Positions 59,826 through 64,000 of a stretch of DNA of 64,000 nt are shown piece by piece. Numbering within the stretch: position 1 is the stretch's first letter; every line of letters begins with the position of its first letter. Source of the stretch: Fistulifera solaris (Eukaryota). Both the position numbers and the translations under genes were made by a program. The stretch is from the NCBI GenBank assembly GCA_030295235.1, contig AP026179.1:248001-312000 (forward strand), in the 5' to 3' direction. The notes below the pieces were generated by a model. The model did not search any database. It saw only the letters and a list, made by a program, of their open reading frames with translations, and had not been told where the DNA came from.

Positions 59826-61886
59826 ATGTTGACTCCTTCTTCTTTGATCTTGTGCTTCTTTTGCGTCTTCCTTCGTACATGTGACGCATTACCGGTGAAA
59901 CAAGAAGATGCCGATCTCTCGAAAGAAGTGCATTGTCGCTTGTATTGCGAAGAGTACAGCGCCATTTGTCCCCAAATTGACATTCGATCACAAGCACGCC
60001 GCAGTGAGCAAGCCAAATTGCGTCAGCCTCTTTCTGTGGAAGCTTGCGTATCTGATTGTGTCAACGAAGCGAGATTCCGATTCAACGGAACGCCCCAAGA
60101 TTTCATGAATCGGAATACCATTCAATGTCGACGCAATCATTTGCATATGCAATTACAAGAAAAACATTTAGCCACCAGTGACCACTGCTTACACGCCATG
60201 TTTGCGGGAAAAGAACGATGCAACTCCATCTTGCCTTCGACCGTTTACTATTACGGACTCATGCGCGTGGGAAAACGTTATTTTGAAAATCCGTATAATG
60301 AACCGAAAACAACACTCTTGTTAAGTTACGGATTGGGATTGTATTACGAGGGAGCTATGCGGGGGCGTTTACAAACGCGTATGCCGTATTTCGAAGTGCC
60401 CCGCCAGGGCGTGATCTGTCCGACAACCACGAGGAAGTATCGCACTGCCGATGGAACCTGCAATCATGTACCGATGCCGCGAATGGGAGCCGTCGATACG
60501 CCGTTGATTTCGATACTGGAACCATCGTTGCCACGCACCCTGCCGCCCGTTAAAGATGTGGCCGCCATACTGCGACGGCCTATGAATCCAACATCGGTCG
60601 CGCCATTTAATCAAATTGCCGTGGCGTGGATACAAATGATGACACACGATTGGTTTCAACATGATCCTGCGCATCCCGACCAGAAAATGAATCGCGTGAC
60701 GCATTGGTGGGATGCATCACAGTTGTACGGCAGTACACTCGCACAACAAACGGCCGTACGGGTTCCGAATACGGGAAAGGTGCGACTCGACCAACATCAG
60801 GAACTGAATTATACGACCACCGGCATTCCGATCACCGGATTTGCGGACAATTGGTGGGCCGGTTTGCACATGATGCATACACTCTTTGTAAGAGAACACA
60901 ATTGGTTGGTGGATCAGTTCGAACGCCAATATCCGGGAGTTTATACGGCCAATGACAAATTTCAATTGGCACGTTTGTGTCTGTCGGCACTTTTGGCTAA
61001 AATTCATACGGTGGAGTGGACCCCAACTTTGCTGGACAATCCCGTGGCAGCACTGGGATTGCATACAAATTGGCGGGGCGTCGATGCGATTCTGGAATAT
61101 GGGACACGGTTCGAACTGCAATTGGCGTACCGTATTGTGGGTGGAGATCAATCGGTGCCGCATGCGGGAAATGGCACCACGAGGGAGACTCTGTACAATA
61201 CAACCTTCGCCATGACAGAAGAATTTGTTGCCGTATATCGCATGCACCCTTTGCTTCCGGATGAAATGGAGATCGAAGGTAAAACATTTTCATTGAATGA
61301 TCTATCGTTCGTCGATGCTCGCACATTGACCAAATCGGTGAAAACGACACAGACATTACTACAGGCATTCGGAATGACGCCAGCGAATACTCTCTCGCTA
61401 CAAAATTATCCTCGACAATTATATGGATTGGAGAAACCGGGAATGTCACAACCTGTCAACTTGGCGGAAATCGATCTGCAACGGGATAGGGAACGAAACT
61501 TGCCGCGATACAATGACATGCGGCGACAGTTACTGCTGAAACCGTACAAGCGACTCGAAGATTTGACCGACGACGAAACAGAACTCAATTTATTGAAAAG
61601 TGTGTACCAGGATATGGACCAAGTTGACTTGATGGTAGGGTGTCTCGTGGATAAAGACCGCCCGTACGGATTTGCTTTTGGTATTGTCCCGTTTCACGTC
61701 TTTCTGGTGATGGCTTCTCGACGCATTTTGAACGATCGATTTTTCATGGAAGATTTCAATGCAAAAGTCTATACAGACTTTGGATACGAATACGTACAGT
61801 CGGGTTCTCTAAAGAAAGTGATGGTTCGCCATTTTCCAGAATTGAAAGATCAGATACCCGACAATCCATTCATGAATTGGACCTGA
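59826..61886 (+). CDS. Peroxidase-cyclooxygenase superfamily haem enzyme, alpha-dioxygenase-like, with a signal peptide and Cys-rich N-terminal domain
   Basis: YRTADGTCN, WIQMMTHDWF, THWWDASQLYG, KIHTVEWTP, EEFVAVYRMH (catalytic Tyr and proximal His), RDRER..PRYN. Confidence 0.88.
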   Translation: MLTPSSLILCFFCVFLRTCDALPVKQEDADLSKEVHCRLYCEEYSAICPQIDIRSQARRSEQAKLRQPLSVEACVSDCVNEARFRFNGTPQDFMNRNTIQCRRNHLHMQLQEKHLATSDHCLHAMFAGKERCNSILPSTVYYYGLMRVGKRYFENPYNEPKTTLLLSYGLGLYYEGAMRGRLQTRMPYFEVPRQGVICPTTTRKYRTADGTCNHVPMPRMGAVDTPLISILEPSLPRTLPPVKDVAAILRRPMNPTSVAPFNQIAVAWIQMMTHDWFQHDPAHPDQKMNRVTHWWDASQLYGSTLAQQTAVRVPNTGKVRLDQHQELNYTTTGIPITGFADNWWAGLHMMHTLFVREHNWLVDQFERQYPGVYTANDKFQLARLCLSALLAKIHTVEWTPTLLDNPVAALGLHTNWRGVDAILEYGTRFELQLAYRIVGGDQSVPHAGNGTTRETLYNTTFAMTEEFVAVYRMHPLLPDEMEIEGKTFSLNDLSFVDARTLTKSVKTTQTLLQAFGMTPANTLSLQNYPRQLYGLEKPGMSQPVNLAEIDLQRDRERNLPRYNDMRRQLLLKPYKRLEDLTDDETELNLLKSVYQDMDQVDLMVGCLVDKDRPYGFAFGIVPFHVFLVMASRRILNDRFFMEDFNAKVYTDFGYEYVQSGSLKKVMVRHFPELKDQIPDNPFMNWT

Positions 61887-62966
61887 ACGTTCTCCTACCA
61901 TTAATGAAAAAACGTATGTGGTCTCAAGCGGAGAAGAGTTCATCTTGTAATGAAGGGAAATCCGAACGACCCTATGACCGTTCTATGCATATATTTGAAA
62001 GAATCCCCTTGCCGAGAACTGGATACAGGAACAAAAGCAAGATTGTGCTTGCCCCGGAATTCAATTTCAATACCTAAGCACTGAACGCGGTCTTGTCTCT
62101 CATGTAAAGATGGGAGGTCTTGAACGTGATGACATTTTGAATCAACGGATACGTAACCCATGGTCGTGAAGCAGCATTGAACCAAGACGGCCAAAATCAA
62201 TATAAGACTGCTTAATAGCAGCACTCGAGCGAACTTAGCTAATTCTAAATGCCGACTTGAAGTTTACTTCGTAGAGTTCACTTCGGGCTTGTGGGACAAG
62301 CATTAGGCAACGCTTCGGAAAACGTTTCGACATCATGAGTCGTTACGACCAGTGGAAATGCTGCTAAATGCTTTAACATGATAATAACATGAAGCGTAGC
62401 TTTAAAATATTCAACGGAATGAAGGTGGATTAACTGGTTGACAGTTGACAGGAATCAAGATTCATGATTGAAATCCAGTCGTGGCAAGGATCCATCTACA
62501 GTTCAGGCTATAGTTAATAGGTAGTCAACGATCCGCAAAAATCTCTTTGACATCATGAATCATCATCATCGACGCTTGCATTGCAACTACTCCGAAAAAT
62601 AACTGAATGTTGATCAGTAAGCCACGCCTGTACCTGATAGTTTTCGAAAACGAGCTCTAGCAGAACGACTCAAGTTTAGATAGCGTTCTGGATCGGAAGT
62701 CGGAAGTGAATTTTGATTCAGGACTGGTTGCACTCGGCAACTCTATAATATTATAGTATTTATTTAATGACAACAGTTTTCTCAAGGCTACTTTCACTTT
62801 CACCTTCCACGTCGTCACCAGTACACTTCGAGTCATAGTTCTTTTCGAATTAATATGATTTCGAATACGTGTCTCGTACCTGGTACCGAGCATTTGCATT
62901 CTGTCTCTTCGCCAAAGACCTCAACAATAACTTGTTTTTCTTGTTTATATTATCCACTTAACATCA

Positions 62967-63410
62967 ATGAACGATACGAAAGACGAAATACGACGGCAGA
63001 TCTTCTTTGATCAGCCGACTATCGAGGACGCCCTCAAAAATCATACGAGTTGGTTCGTAGCACAAAATCAAAAAGTGGGTTCGACTCTCGAGATTCTTCA
63101 ATTGACGCGGATGCTTTCCAAGTGCATCAATCAGCATATATGCTCTTTCAATACGAACAATAAACAGGATATTATCCTAGCCTCTGTTTGGAATCCTATA
63201 CAGCAAGATGAAAGTCGAAAGGTTACGCAAACGTTGGGGCGAGTGGCTCTACAAGCCGTTTGGAGGCAGTTGGATCTTATATCGACGCGAAGAAAAAATG
63301 AGATAAACGCCCATGAAGAAACAGACAACAATGATATTGCTGACTCCTTCTTCAACTTCTTTGAAGCGGCGCTCTTTGCATCTCTGGAAAGGATCCATTC
63401 GCTCGCTTGA
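62967..63410 (+). CDS. Hypothetical protein
   Basis: 147-aa ATG-initiated ORF with no recognised motif. Confidence 0.4.
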   Translation: MNDTKDEIRRQIFFDQPTIEDALKNHTSWFVAQNQKVGSTLEILQLTRMLSKCINQHICSFNTNNKQDIILASVWNPIQQDESRKVTQTLGRVALQAVWRQLDLISTRRKNEINAHEETDNNDIADSFFNFFEAALFASLERIHSLA

Positions 63411-63510
63411 TTTGGAATACCGATCGAGGAAAGGAAGAACTAACCCGACGGGCGACTCAAAGAAAAGCGGATGCTGCTCAACGTAATTATACTAGCAAAG
63501 ATGAGACTCA

Positions 63511-64000
63511 TCAACTCCCACAGATTGAGGAAATAGATTGAAGCACGTCAATTGTTGTCCCCAAATAAGTAATGAAAGCTCCATAACTATGTTGGACTAA
63601 GCTTATCCAATGTAAAGTAAAAAAATAGCCAATGAAAAGCGCTTTCAGGTCATACTTCAGCCAAATCAACCTTCTTTTCTTCCGACGATCCTTGTGCATT
63701 TTTGCCCCGAGATCCTCCAACTTGCATATCCAGAAAAGCGAATCGTTCTCGTCGGATGCGGCGCCAACGTTTCTTGCTAGCTTTTATTTCTTTTTGACGA
63801 TTCTCTTCCTCTTCCCGTTCTTTCTTACGGGGATCTATAATAAGATCGAATGCTTCCTGCGGTGCACTCATCAGCGAGTCCCATAAGCTAAGACTTGCCT
63901 GCGTCTTCTCTTGATTGCGAAGCATTTCAGCTGCTTTCACTTTGATCATAATCTCATTTGCTTCGTCGTGTTTCTCTTGGGCCTTGAGAGATTGAGCCAA
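63511..64000 (-). CDS. 3' end of a gene truncated by the window edge (TPR-like helix, charged region, C-terminal TM; probable frameshift)
   Basis: LAQSLKAQEKHDEA TPR-like helix. Overlapping ORFs 63650..64000 and 63511..63720. Confidence 0.45.

Noticed and set aside
42191..61886. Lipase plus dioxygenase as an oxylipin gene cluster
   Set aside because: They are 15 kb apart with many unrelated genes between them, and the lipase looks like a housekeeping TAG lipase.

Overview
Eukaryotic nuclear DNA from a diatom, probably a raphid pennate. The evidence is Lhcf and Lhcq-type light-harvesting genes, an aureochrome, a bZIP-PAS factor, a DUF6824 gene, bipartite plastid leaders and short GT-AG introns. 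About 35 genes or gene remnants are present. At least 11 otherwise intact genes are broken by 1-nt indels in homopolymer runs, most likely uncorrected long-read errors. Main points of interest: (1) an accessory locus at 15.5-30 kb encoding secreted Cys-rich proteins (a PPC-like family and a CTDC-repeat family, both with RXL motifs) plus a GT8 glycosyltransferase, arranged as two ~5 kb tandem units with near-identical ends and strongly diverged cores, joined by a GT8::PPC chimera; (2) a secreted, catalytically dead trypsin fused to a silaffin/cingulin-like K/G/S/Y tail; (3) a secreted alpha-dioxygenase-type haem enzyme with an extra Cys/His-rich N-terminal domain; (4) a membrane-anchored, poly-His ACC-synthase-like enzyme near a cysteine desulfurase/Sec-lyase and two rhodaneses; (5) a third, three-member family of small secreted Cys-rich proteins; (6) a strongly over-represented, mostly intergenic palindrome, TACC(A/T)GGTA. 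All product calls come from motif recognition only; no database searches were run.
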